From IMG/VR virus record IMGVR_UViG_3300025674_000023, positions 23,867-87,866 of that record: a stretch of 64,000 nucleotides of DNA; one strand, written 5' to 3'. This document shows, piece after piece, positions 27,810 through 37,320 of this stretch. The notes under the pieces were generated by a model. It made no database searches. It was not told the DNA's origin and saw nothing but the letters and a program-made list of their open reading frames with translations. Within the stretch, counting starts at the first letter, position 1, and each line of letters starts with the position of its first letter. Source of the stretch: a virus. Made by a program: the position numbers and the translations under genes.

Positions 27810-28628
27810 ATGAGTATTAGAGGTCTTAAAGAAGCATATCAAGAAGTTTATCTTAACGAATCTATAGAAAATCTTGCTATTGCTTTAATTGAAGAAGGAT
27901 ATGATTTAGATCAAATCACTGAGCAAGATTTTTATAATATTTGTGAGGAAAATGGTTTCATTTGTGAAGGTGGTAAAGCTAAAGCATTGTTGGATTTATT
28001 GAGAAGTCCTGCAGCTCGAAGAGTATACGGAAAAGCTTATAGAGGTCTTGTAAAACCTGTGGTGGGTGGTGCTAAACGACCTTTAAAAGCAGCACTTGGA
28101 GTGCTTGGTGCAACCGCCGCAACTAAGTATGGATTAATTCCAGCAGTCAAATACGCTGGCGGCGAATTAAAAAAAGGTTTGAAATCGGCAGATGATGCTT
28201 TAGGTGGTAATATTCAGAAAATGATGAAGGGAGGAGATAGTAACCAATCCAAACCCGTTAAGAAGAAGGAAGAAGAAGACAAAGATGCCTGGATGAATAA
28301 GTATCTCACTCAAGGAGATTCTGAAGATATGTTCGATCTAGTAAAAAATCATTTGCTAGACGAAGGTTATGCAGACACCGAAAATGCAGCAATTGTTATT
28401 ATGTCTAATATGAGTGAAGAGTGGAGAAAGAGTATTCTTGAAGGTTCTATTGCAGATAGAGCAAGAAAAGTTGTTGATGCCCAGAGACAAGGTTTTCATG
28501 GTGATGCTGATGAAATGAAGCGAGATATGGATGCAATCAATTTAAATCTTCTTAGATTGAGACCTTATGGTGTTAAAGGATTTCCTTCGGTTAAAAAGAA
28601 TGAACCCAAGAAGACTACTAATGCTTAA
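27810..28628 (+). CDS. Hypothetical protein, probable internal head protein family
   Basis: FDLVKNHLLDEGYADTENAAIVIMSNMSEEW module; several L/I-x-E sites. Confidence 0.6.
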   Translation: MSIRGLKEAYQEVYLNESIENLAIALIEEGYDLDQITEQDFYNICEENGFICEGGKAKALLDLLRSPAARRVYGKAYRGLVKPVVGGAKRPLKAALGVLGATAATKYGLIPAVKYAGGELKKGLKSADDALGGNIQKMMKGGDSNQSKPVKKKEEEDKDAWMNKYLTQGDSEDMFDLVKNHLLDEGYADTENAAIVIMSNMSEEWRKSILEGSIADRARKVVDAQRQGFHGDADEMKRDMDAINLNLLRLRPYGVKGFPSVKKNEPKKTTNA

Positions 28629-28658
28629 AACCTTCTATAAACTAAAGGGAGTCTGATA

Positions 28659-29453
28659 ATGCTAAACGAGCAAAGGAAGTTTGATTATGCTAGGGAAAAT
28701 AATGTTCCTGGTATAAATTTTAGAAATAAAGAAGGCAACCTTGTATGGCGAAAACTTGATGCTGAATTGAAAGCAGATTTAAAAAGACAAGGTTATAACT
28801 GGAGAGAATTGGAAAAATCTTATCTTAGAAGACGCGGACAAAAGCAAGTTGAAAAAGATGTGGATGATGTGGCAGCAGCAAAGGCAGCAGCAGAAGAACA
28901 AAAACCAGAACAACCTAAAGAACAACCTAAAGAACAACCTAAAGAACAACCTAAAGAACAACCTAAAGAACAACCTAAAGAACAACCTAAAGAACAACCT
29001 AAAGAACAACCTAAAGAACAAAAACCAAAACAATTAACTAATCGTGAAAAATGGGAAAAAGCAAATCCACGTTTAGCTGCAGCAGAAAAGATTAGAGCAG
29101 AATTTAAGTCTGCTGGGAAATCTCCTTATAGTAAAGAAGCAAGAAAAGCGGTTTCAAAAGTGATTTATACAGATCCAAAGTCAAAAGCTTACGTTAAAGA
29201 TTCTTATGATGTAGTATTGGATTATCTCTTCTCTATGGGGCATGTAGATACTTTAGAAGAAGCACATTATATCATGATGCAACTTGATTCTGAAAATATT
29301 CAGGGTATCATGGAGCAAATGCTTCCTCCTATAGACTTTGAAAAACATAAAGCAGCACAAAAGACGCAAAAAATTTATAATAAAGCAACACAAGGAGCAG
29401 GATCAGAAAAAGATTTTCTGAAAAGAACTGGGGCACAACTTCCTAGAGTCTAA
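28659..29453 (+). CDS. Hypothetical protein with a (QPKE)9 repeat
   Basis: YDVVLDYLFSMGHVDTLEEAHYIM module related to the preceding gene. Confidence 0.65.
   Translation: MLNEQRKFDYARENNVPGINFRNKEGNLVWRKLDAELKADLKRQGYNWRELEKSYLRRRGQKQVEKDVDDVAAAKAAAEEQKPEQPKEQPKEQPKEQPKEQPKEQPKEQPKEQPKEQPKEQKPKQLTNREKWEKANPRLAAAEKIRAEFKSAGKSPYSKEARKAVSKVIYTDPKSKAYVKDSYDVVLDYLFSMGHVDTLEEAHYIMMQLDSENIQGIMEQMLPPIDFEKHKAAQKTQKIYNKATQGAGSEKDFLKRTGAQLPRV
28911..29018 (+). repeat. Perfect 12-bp tandem repeat x9
   Basis: CAACCTAAAGAA x9. Confidence 0.97.
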
Positions 29454-29463
29454 CATATGTGTA

Positions 29464-29499
29464 AAGAGGGTTGACAACCCTCTTTTTTTTGTGTAAAAT
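29464..29499 (+). terminator. Terminator with an embedded sigma70 promoter
   Basis: AAGAGGGTT-gac-AACCCTCTT followed by a T run; TTGACA at 29471, 17 nt, TAAAAT at 29494. Confidence 0.75.
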
Positions 29500-29548
29500 A
29501 CCTTTGTTAGGGTTAAAAGATAAATAATAGCTCATTGAAATCTATAAG

Positions 29549-29998
29549 ATGAGCTATGATAATCCGTGGAGATATGATGAGAGAGTTTTTGATAGTAATG
29601 ATATTGGGGACTACTACGGCTTTGTTTATCTCATTACCAATCAGTCAAACAAACGACAATACATTGGTAGAAAGTATTTTTGGTCATATAGAACTCCACC
29701 AGGAAAGAAAAGGAAAGTAAAACAAGAATCTGATTGGAAGAAGTATTATGGTTCTTGTCCTGAATTAAAAGAAGATATTAAAAAGTATGGTAAAGAGACC
29801 TTCAGTAGAGTTATATTGAGTCTACATAAGACAAAAGGACTTTGTAATTATGAGGAGACCAAGCAACTCTTTCTCAATAATGTCTTATCTGAATCGCTTG
29901 ACAACGGGGTGCCTGCGTTCTATAATAGCAACATTCTCGGGCGCTACATGCGCAAAGACTATGGTAACTTTGGAAGACACTCTGAAAACGACACATGA
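29549..29998 (+). CDS. GIY-YIG-family endonuclease
   Basis: GFVYLITN...RQYIGRK...YYGS. Confidence 0.8.
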   Translation: MSYDNPWRYDERVFDSNDIGDYYGFVYLITNQSNKRQYIGRKYFWSYRTPPGKKRKVKQESDWKKYYGSCPELKEDIKKYGKETFSRVILSLHKTKGLCNYEETKQLFLNNVLSESLDNGVPAFYNSNILGRYMRKDYGNFGRHSENDT

Positions 29999-30161
29999 CT
30001 GGGCAGTTGATAGACTGCACACTCTCTGTCAAGACCCTTCAAACGACCCATTAGAATGTGTTGAGAATGCACATGCACTTCATTGTGAGTTTTATGAGTG
30101 GCTTGATCCTGATGTTGAAGACCATGAAATTTACTCTCTTGAATATCTTGGTGAAGATTGA
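29961..30161 (+). CDS. Hypothetical protein
   Basis: Acidic ORF ending SLEYLGED. Confidence 0.55.
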   Translation: MVTLEDTLKTTHDWAVDRLHTLCQDPSNDPLECVENAHALHCEFYEWLDPDVEDHEIYSLEYLGED

Positions 30162-30230
30162 TTCACTAAATACCCCGTGCCGTGAAGAACATTATGTTCT
30201 TGTAACGGATGTCGAATTCTGTTTATTTTA

Positions 30231-30875
30231 ATGCTTAAAAAATTACTTCCTATTGTTCTTGCAACTTCAATACCAGCTGCTTTTGCATATCCATCAATCG
30301 ATGAAATCGAAAATCCATGGATTGATCCATCAGATATTGAGTCTGTCAAAAAAATTGATGCCGATTTAGATCCGAAAAAAGCAATTCCGATTGCTAAAAT
30401 TATTGAAGAAGAAAAGACATGGAAATGTCCTTCTTGTAATGAAAATGAGAAATATGTTCTCAAAGAACTTCAAGAAAAGACAAGTATTACTGATCGTAAT
30501 GCTCTTGCCACTATCATGGGCAACATAAAGTCAGAGTCAAACTTTATTCCCAATATTTGTGAAGGTGGTGCAAGAGTTTCATACCATCATTGCTATAGTG
30601 GTGGTTATGGATTGATTCAATGGACTTCCAGCAATCGGTATTATGGATTGGGTCAGTTTGCAAAGAAGTACGGATGTAATCCTAGTGAACTTAAATGTCA
30701 AACTCGTTATATGATTAACGAACCAACTTTCCAAAAGCATATTCATGAATTTGAAGGTAGTGGTCAAACAGTTAAATGGTATATGACTACTGCATATTAT
30801 TGGTTGGGATGGGGTATTAAGGGGTATCGAGAGCAATATGCTTATAACTATATAAAGAAATTTGTTTTATCTTGA
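30231..30875 (+). CDS. Phage tail lysozyme-like protein with a signal peptide
   Basis: IMGNIKSES...GYGLIQWT. Confidence 0.75.
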   Translation: MLKKLLPIVLATSIPAAFAYPSIDEIENPWIDPSDIESVKKIDADLDPKKAIPIAKIIEEEKTWKCPSCNENEKYVLKELQEKTSITDRNALATIMGNIKSESNFIPNICEGGARVSYHHCYSGGYGLIQWTSSNRYYGLGQFAKKYGCNPSELKCQTRYMINEPTFQKHIHEFEGSGQTVKWYMTTAYYWLGWGIKGYREQYAYNYIKKFVLS

Positions 30876-30876
30876 A

Positions 30877-31320
30877 ATGGAACTATTTAAAAAACTCATC
30901 GAAAAAATTAATCCTTTAGAATCTTCTGTCAAAGAGGTTACCTCTAGTCATTTTAGTCATGGATATAGTCCATATAATGGAGTCAAATCTGTTTCGAGTG
31001 AAACGATTTTAAAAAATAACCATTACATTGCCGTTCCTGCTCCAGATATTCTTCCATATGATCCTTGGTTTGATCCACCTATTAAAACGGAAAAACAAAT
31101 TATTATTGAGAAAAAAAAGTTAGAAGCAAAGAAACAGCAAGAACAAGTTGAATCTACTATGAAGCAATCAAAAGAACCAAAGAATATTCATGATGTTCTA
31201 TATAAAAAAGCAGCAGCACACATGAAAAACTCCTGGCAAGAAAATCTTGGTGGTTCTGAAAACTTTCATCAAGGTCCTGGTGGTTGGACATCTGGCACTG
31301 GTATTAATCAATTTCGTTGA
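30877..31320 (+). CDS. Hypothetical protein
   Basis: ORF track. Confidence 0.6.
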   Translation: MELFKKLIEKINPLESSVKEVTSSHFSHGYSPYNGVKSVSSETILKNNHYIAVPAPDILPYDPWFDPPIKTEKQIIIEKKKLEAKKQQEQVESTMKQSKEPKNIHDVLYKKAAAHMKNSWQENLGGSENFHQGPGGWTSGTGINQFR

Positions 31321-31326
31321 GTTTTT

Positions 31327-31992
31327 ATGAAAAAATTTATTGTCACTTTTTTGACTGCATTTGCTTTTGCTACTCCCGCACTTGCTGACCCAGAAGTAAA
31401 AGGTTGGAATAGTTATGACGCAATGGGTTGTATGCTTTTACGAGAATGCACCGATGAAGTCAAACAAGTCAAAGATATTGAAGATCTTTCCACGAGGTAT
31501 CCAGATAGCGATTTTAGTTCTATTGCTTATGAGTTTAATGAGATGCTATCTGCTCTTAGAGAAATCGGAGTTAAAGTTTTTCTAGCAAGTGAAAAATATT
31601 TTCCTCCACAGCATCGTGGGGTATATCACACAGTTGGAAATAACTTCTTTCTGAATGAAGACTATATGCACAAACCTCATCAGTTGATGAGCGTCATGAG
31701 GCACGAAGGATGGCACGCTGCTCAAGATTGTATGGCAGGAACAATTCATAATAACTTTATTGCTATCATTCATAATGAAGATGAGATTCCTCAATATTGG
31801 CGCGATATTGCTAAAGATACTTATCCAAAACATTCTCTTCCTTGGGAACAAGAAGCAATGTGGGCTGGTCATACTGAAAACATGACCATGAATGCTCTTA
31901 TGGTATGTGCCAAACAACCAATGTGGAAAGTTTATCCTCCAACTCCTCTTACCAAGAAATATTTAATTGATGAGGGGTTTATTGATAAATAA
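31327..31992 (+). CDS. Secreted HExxH metallopeptidase-like protein
   Basis: Signal peptide; RHEGWHAAQDC and downstream EQEA. Confidence 0.65.
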   Translation: MKKFIVTFLTAFAFATPALADPEVKGWNSYDAMGCMLLRECTDEVKQVKDIEDLSTRYPDSDFSSIAYEFNEMLSALREIGVKVFLASEKYFPPQHRGVYHTVGNNFFLNEDYMHKPHQLMSVMRHEGWHAAQDCMAGTIHNNFIAIIHNEDEIPQYWRDIAKDTYPKHSLPWEQEAMWAGHTENMTMNALMVCAKQPMWKVYPPTPLTKKYLIDEGFIDK

Positions 31993-32012
31993 AAGAGCCT
32001 CACTCTTTTCAA

Positions 32013-32303
32013 ATGACAGATTCAAACCTGAAGCAAAAAGAGGATGCCAATAAGAAAGATAAGTTTGATTGGGCAGATGAAGGTTTATCTGCCCTTGTGC
32101 GTGTTGTTATTCTATCGTGGTCTGCAGCAATTCTTACACTTAATTATGTAACTATTCCTGGTGTTCCTCAAAAAAACATAGACCCAACTTTTATTGCTAG
32201 CGTCTTTACTGGAACTTTAGCTACATTTGGAGTTCAACCGGCAAAGAAAAAAGATGAAGAAGTTGTTAAAAAAGAGGAAGATAAAAAAGAAAAAGTTCAA
32301 TAG
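32013..32303 (+). CDS. Two-TM membrane protein
   Basis: Two hydrophobic helices; IDPTFIASVF. Confidence 0.7.
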   Translation: MTDSNLKQKEDANKKDKFDWADEGLSALVRVVILSWSAAILTLNYVTIPGVPQKNIDPTFIASVFTGTLATFGVQPAKKKDEEVVKKEEDKKEKVQ

Positions 32304-32312
32304 TGATTGATC

Positions 32313-32954
32313 ATGATATGGGAATCAAAAGTGTCTGAGAAAATTGAACTAGAAATACCAACAACAACGCCAACAAAGCAATCACCAATTAAGATTGCTT
32401 TGTTGGCATTAGGTATGATTGTTGGTATTTCTCATATTGGTCTTCTCGGATATGTTCTTAAAGATAATAATTCAAAAGTAAATCAAGTTCCTGTTATTAA
32501 TATTCCTCGCGGACCATATTCATCTTATAAAATCAAAGCAAATAAAGATGGATATGAAATTGAATATCGTGCAGATGATCCTAAGATTTTAGAATCTGAA
32601 AGATCTCTTGATGTCGATAGAAATAAAAAAGGATGGTTTGGCGGATCATCTGAAAAAAGGAATGAATATCGTCGTGATCAATATACAAGAGAAGGCACCA
32701 GAAATACAGGAGGTGCCGCAACAGACGGTGAGGGAAAGACTCTTGCCAAAAGCGAAGAGTGCATCAGGGCGGACGCTGGAGCACGGTCACAAGGTGCGAT
32801 GGCAGGTAGTGCAATTGCTGCTGGCGCAATTGTTCCTGCTGTTGTTAACATTCCCTACGTTGGTTGGTTAGTAGGTGGTTGGGCATTATTACTTGGTCAA
32901 AAAGTAGGTTCTGATGTTGGATCTGAAGTTGGATCTGTCTTTAATGATTGTTAG
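32313..32954 (+). CDS. Membrane-anchored hypothetical protein
   Basis: N-terminal TM helix; Gly-rich hydrophobic C-terminus. Confidence 0.65.
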   Translation: MIWESKVSEKIELEIPTTTPTKQSPIKIALLALGMIVGISHIGLLGYVLKDNNSKVNQVPVINIPRGPYSSYKIKANKDGYEIEYRADDPKILESERSLDVDRNKKGWFGGSSEKRNEYRRDQYTREGTRNTGGAATDGEGKTLAKSEECIRADAGARSQGAMAGSAIAAGAIVPAVVNIPYVGWLVGGWALLLGQKVGSDVGSEVGSVFNDC

Positions 32955-33563
32955 TGATGCTTACCTTTATAAACTATGTCACTGCATTCTGGTCAGTGGT
33001 TGTAATAAATTGCATTAACACCGTGAATTTTAAATATTGTTTACCAGTTAATGAATGGTTATTTCCTGAGATTCAGTATTTGATTAAACTTAAAACAGGT
33101 GAAATAGTTCCATATCAAGAAGAAAAAGATTACCTTAAAAAGATAAATGAATGATCCAGTTTGGAGTATTTTTATTGCGATGATCCTACTCCTTTCTGGA
33201 ACGGGATATTACATATATACTATTATGTTTTTAGCATATCAGGAACTAAAAGAAGATGGCCAAGTCCGCGAACAAGGGCAAGAAGGGATCTGCGAACAAC
33301 AAGGCGCAGAACCAGGGCAATGCAACGGCAAAGAAAGCTAAGAATGGAGGAAAGAAAAAGTAATATATACTTTGTATGGCATATGATAAAAATGAAATAC
33401 CTGTTGATTCCAATTCTTATTTTGAGTACGACGGCAGTTTATGCTCAAAATAAGAAGTTGGAGATATTCAATCAGGCACTAGAAAATTTAAAATTATATC
33501 GGTTGGAGCAAACAATGACTCCTCCCGAAGATGCCTTAGATCAAGCATTAGCGGAGTTCAATT

Positions 33564-34025
33564 ATGGGCATTATGGTTCCACCGAGTCGGAAGAGTTGTT
33601 ACAACTTCCGAGTAGTAGAGATTAATCGTGTCGTCGATGGTGATACTATTGATGTTACTATTGATCTCGGTTTTGATTTATACAAGAAAGAAAGAGTTAG
33701 AGTTGCAGGAGTTGATACGCCTGAGAAGAGAACAAAGGATGAGGAAGAGAAGGCATTAGGATATGATGCCACTCATTGGCTTGAAGAAAAACTTGAAAGC
33801 GCAATTGCCGGTGAAGATGATCTTGTCATCCGCACTGAACTTGTTGGTGGTGTGGGCAAGTATGGTCGTCTTCTTGGATGGTTATATATTGGTGACGCAA
33901 CTGTTTCACTTAATGAGCAAATGATTGCTGAAGGACTAGCGTGGGAATACGATGGGGGGACAAAGAAAAAGAACTTTGAAGAACTGAAAGAAATTCGTCG
34001 TGCTCATGGCACTTTAGTGGTATGA
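33564..34025 (+). CDS. Thermonuclease (SNase-like) endonuclease
   Basis: VVDGDTID, RVAGVDTPE, GKYGRLLG. Confidence 0.88.
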   Translation: MGIMVPPSRKSCYNFRVVEINRVVDGDTIDVTIDLGFDLYKKERVRVAGVDTPEKRTKDEEEKALGYDATHWLEEKLESAIAGEDDLVIRTELVGGVGKYGRLLGWLYIGDATVSLNEQMIAEGLAWEYDGGTKKKNFEELKEIRRAHGTLVV

Positions 34026-34119
34026 TTTCTACTCTTTATGTTCTTTTTTTAATCGTTTTAATTACTCTTGGTATGAATGCTATTGGAAATAAAAATAGCA
34101 TTAATAGGGATTAATAAAA

Positions 34120-34386
34120 ATGCAAAAAATTTTTAATTTTATGGCTTTTACATCCTTTTTGGTTAGTGCTGCTATTGCTGCAGGAGGATTTTGGTTGTAT
34201 AAAAATAAAGATGTAATGATTGAAGAGACGAGGCAAAAGGTTGTTAAGGAAATTTCAGATTCTCTTCCTGGAATTGTTCAAGAATTAATGCCAAAAGTTC
34301 CTGAAATGCCATCGGCAACCGGTGGAGTTATTCCCGAAACAAAAACTAACATTCCACCTGTAACTGGCGGAGTTGTGCCTTTTTAA
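34120..34386 (+). CDS. Membrane-anchored hypothetical protein
   Basis: N-terminal TM helix, Pro-rich tail. Confidence 0.65.
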   Translation: MQKIFNFMAFTSFLVSAAIAAGGFWLYKNKDVMIEETRQKVVKEISDSLPGIVQELMPKVPEMPSATGGVIPETKTNIPPVTGGVVPF

Positions 34387-34525
34387 TGTTAAATAGTTAA
34401 AGAATTATTGGTATTATGGTTAAAAGAAAAAAAGATATGGCAAAGGAAGAGGCAACAAAAACCTTTGCCCTATATGTATTTTTCCATTCCATATGGACAT
34501 CAGTTTTTAATTTCTTTGAAAGTTA

Positions 34526-35215
34526 ATGATTGAAATTCGTGAAATTCGGATAAGGGAAATTAATGTTCCTCCAGTTCCTGAATGGTTGATGTCTCCACCT
34601 ACGGCAATACCTGCTGCTGCACCAGTGACATTTCAGGTTGGTGTTCCTATTATAGATATGCCAGGATGTGTTCAGTCACATAATTCTGGAAACGGTAATA
34701 AGGAGCTTCAAAAAGATGACCCGAATGGACTTGTTACGCATTGTGACGCTAGTATCCCCTTTTATACTCCTATGGATTTTGAACCAGAAAGGGTGATACC
34801 AACAAAACCTGCTGCAGTTCCAAAGTATGAAAAACCAAAAGCAGAAACTCCAGAAATTCCCCTAGAAGTTCTTCCTGCCCAACCACAAACAGTTCAGATA
34901 AAAGAACCTGTTATAGAAGTTCCTGAACCTAAACCAGAAATACCTTGGCAAGAAAAATATTTACCGGCACCAGAAGCGGCAACAACGACTGCTACGATTG
35001 CTGTGATTGCGACTACATCTGCGCTTCTGGCAAAACCACTTGCCGATATTTTATTAAAAGTTATTAAACCAACAGTTAAGAAGGTTATTACAAAGATCGC
35101 AAAGATAAGAGGAAAGAAACCTAAGATTTTGTCTTTGGCAGAGCGTCGAGAGGAGCAGCGGGACCGGACACAGGCAATTCGCGCTTTGAGGAAGGCACTG
35201 AAGCCGAAGGGATAG
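34526..35215 (+). CDS. Pro-rich hypothetical protein
   Basis: ORF track; GVPIIDMPGCV motif. Confidence 0.65.
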   Translation: MIEIREIRIREINVPPVPEWLMSPPTAIPAAAPVTFQVGVPIIDMPGCVQSHNSGNGNKELQKDDPNGLVTHCDASIPFYTPMDFEPERVIPTKPAAVPKYEKPKAETPEIPLEVLPAQPQTVQIKEPVIEVPEPKPEIPWQEKYLPAPEAATTTATIAVIATTSALLAKPLADILLKVIKPTVKKVITKIAKIRGKKPKILSLAERREEQRDRTQAIRALRKALKPKG

Positions 35216-36020
35216 AATGTCTGTGTGGTGGAATCACTCCTCCAGGATTAGTTACGATAACATCGGAACATATCTTTGCGTATTCACTTTTCGGATGAAA
35301 GTAAATACCTGCCTTCATTAATTCGCCACAATTTTTAAGTCTGGCAATCTCAAAATCCAATCTCTTATTGGCAAGCATTTGTTGTTGTAATGCAGTATGA
35401 GTATCTGCTGCTTTTTTGCAACGTGACTGTAATCCACCATCAAGAGGAATAGAGAGCGTTGCCGAAATGCCCAGAGAAGTATTGTGATTATTCTTCTGCC
35501 CAGTTCTGATTGGAACTCTATACAAGACGCTTCCTGGGTTATCTGGTGCCCCATCTTCGTCCATGTCTCTCATATCATAGACATTATCCCAATAGTAATC
35601 TTCGTATGGGGTTTGTCTTGAGAGTGCTCCTGTTATGAATGGCGTAAAATTGAGGGTAGGTCCCTGACACTGGATTCCACCACCATACGTGTTCGTGATG
35701 TATGGGCCTTGTAGCACCTGAATCGCCTGGTTGGTAACGCTACCCGAGCTGTTAGCAATAGGAGAAGCGGTGGCGCTAACGCCACCAACAGTCTCAGCCA
35801 ATACCTTTTGTGAGAGAATGGAGGATACAATAAGTGCTCCTGTTACTATACGACTTACTGTTGAAATATACTTGTTGTGTCTGTAATGCTTGTCACTTCT
35901 GTGACTCTTTGAATAATCGTTTGATTCGACATTCCTGGACCAGAATACGTTTCTGTAAACTGGAATGCTGCTCCTGGGTTTGTCTGTACGAATTGTGGTT
36001 TGCTTGTTACTCCAGTCCAT
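35121..36020 (-). CDS. Hypothetical protein (true start probably further downstream)
   Basis: Part of a three-gene minus-strand cluster; SSGSVTNQAIQV and DFEIARLKNCGEL. Confidence 0.6.
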   Translation of the reverse strand: MDWSNKQTTIRTDKPRSSIPVYRNVFWSRNVESNDYSKSHRSDKHYRHNKYISTVSRIVTGALIVSSILSQKVLAETVGGVSATASPIANSSGSVTNQAIQVLQGPYITNTYGGGIQCQGPTLNFTPFITGALSRQTPYEDYYWDNVYDMRDMDEDGAPDNPGSVLYRVPIRTGQKNNHNTSLGISATLSIPLDGGLQSRCKKAADTHTALQQQMLANKRLDFEIARLKNCGELMKAGIYFHPKSEYAKICSDVIVTNPGGVIPPHRHSIPSASVPSSKRELPVSGPAAPLDALPKTKS

Positions 36021-36301
36021 GATGATGTCACTCCATCAATAGTTACGCTTATTGCCCCAGTTCCTGGGGATAAATTTCCATTTGCCGTGATTCCACTTCC
36101 AGTTACAGAATATTGATATCCAGTGCTGTAATCAATTGAGTTGATTGTTTCTGTAACTTTAGACGTGGTTTCTGTGTGGCTGGTCATCGCTCCTTGTGTA
36201 AAGTTAGGAACTACTGGAACTGCCTTTGCAACAGGTACAAGTAGTCCGTGTAGAACACCAAGAACCAACCCAAGACCGATTGCTTCTTGTAATCTATCCA
36301 T
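35855..36301 (-). CDS. Secreted or structural Thr-rich protein
   Basis: Signal peptide followed by VPVVPNFTQG. Confidence 0.7.
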   Translation of the reverse strand: MDRLQEAIGLGLVLGVLHGLLVPVAKAVPVVPNFTQGAMTSHTETTSKVTETINSIDYSTGYQYSVTGSGITANGNLSPGTGAISVTIDGVTSSWTGVTSKPQFVQTNPGAAFQFTETYSGPGMSNQTIIQRVTEVTSITDTTSIFQQ

Positions 36302-36309
36302 ATTTATTG

Positions 36310-36816
36310 TCAGTCGATTACAGTGATTTCTGAAACAAATTGTCCTACCGCACTTGAACCTGGACCACCTGCTGTTACGGTAAGAACTCCTGCCGAAGTT
36401 ACTGTACCGGCAAGAGCACCAGCAGTTCCTGCAGTATAAGAAGTTACGCTTCCAAAGTTGGGAACATCACCGACAGTGGGAGCAGCAGCAGGAATTGCAT
36501 CGCCCTGAGTATAAGATTGACTAAATGAGAATGCGGCACCAGGAGTATCTTGAGTTGCAGCAATCGTTCCTGGAGCATAGATGCCAGATGTAATTGTTCC
36601 GGCAGAAACTGTATTGACAGTTGTTCCGTCAGTAGTATCTACATTACTACCAGAAATACTGAATGATGAACCAACTCTTGTTGCTGTCGATCTAGCAGCA
36701 TCAACGGTTAATTGAACGCTAGAAGCATGTTTGGTGACAAGACCACCCGCATATGCTGGAGAAGTAAATAACAATAATCCAAGTAATATTAGGGTTTTCT
36801 TCATAGAACTAAGCAC
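36310..36816 (-). CDS. Secreted or structural Thr/Gly/Ala-rich protein
   Basis: Signal peptide; SSVQLTVD; AFSFSQSYTQGD. Confidence 0.7.
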   Translation of the reverse strand: MLSSMKKTLILLGLLLFTSPAYAGGLVTKHASSVQLTVDAARSTATRVGSSFSISGSNVDTTDGTTVNTVSAGTITSGIYAPGTIAATQDTPGAAFSFSQSYTQGDAIPAAAPTVGDVPNFGSVTSYTAGTAGALAGTVTSAGVLTVTAGGPGSSAVGQFVSEITVID

Positions 36817-36888
36817 GGATCTTACCTTTATTTAGTTGATAGATGTATGATATAAATAAAATCAAATTACAAAAATTTGAAAATAGTA

Positions 36889-37104
36889 ATGACTGAACAA
36901 CAACAACATCTATCTAGTTTGCTACAACAAGCACGATCTTTACAGAATGAGTTGGATAATCTTCAAAGTGCTACTGCATCTAAAAGAGAAGTATTTTGGA
37001 AAATTCAAGGTGCAATTGAATATCTCACACAAACAGGTGTAACACTTCCAGAACCTACAGCGCCAGAAGAGGCAGTAGAAGAAGCACCTGCAGAAGAGGC
37101 TTGA
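36889..37104 (+). CDS. Small coiled-coil hypothetical protein
   Basis: ORF track; TATAAATA upstream. Confidence 0.6.
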   Translation: MTEQQQHLSSLLQQARSLQNELDNLQSATASKREVFWKIQGAIEYLTQTGVTLPEPTAPEEAVEEAPAEEA

Positions 37105-37129
37105 CTCCCTGACTAAGACGGTTTATAAT
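37101..37129 (+). promoter_or_regulatory. Sigma70-type promoter of the tRNA region
   Basis: TTGACT, 17 nt, TATAAT. Confidence 0.75.
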
Positions 37130-37208
37130 ATCTGAGTCGAGAGGGGAACCGAACGGAACTTCGTTCTGAGCAACTCCTTTGGAGTTGTCTGGACCCCTCT
37201 TTACCCTT

Positions 37209-37282
37209 GACTCAATAGCTCAGTGGATTAGAGCAACTCTCTTCTAAAGAGTCGGTCGTAGGTTCGAATCCTACTTGAGTCG
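37209..37282 (+). tRNA. tRNA-Arg(TCT)
   Basis: GACTCAA/TTGAGTC; ACTCT-CTTCTAA-AGAGT; GGTTCGAATCC. Confidence 0.93.
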
Positions 37283-37320
37283 TTGGGTAAACTTACCCAT
37301 ACTTTTCGTTTCTTTTGATT

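Noticed and set aside
28779-29037. (RLFF)n and (NNLK)n ORFs, likewise at 26434-26733
   Set aside because: Alternative-frame translations of the 12-bp coding repeats.
37134-37208. Hammerhead ribozyme or degenerate tRNA upstream of tRNA-Arg
   Set aside because: It lacks the CUGANGA/GAAA core and the T-loop and D-loop consensus; kept only as an unclassified structured RNA.
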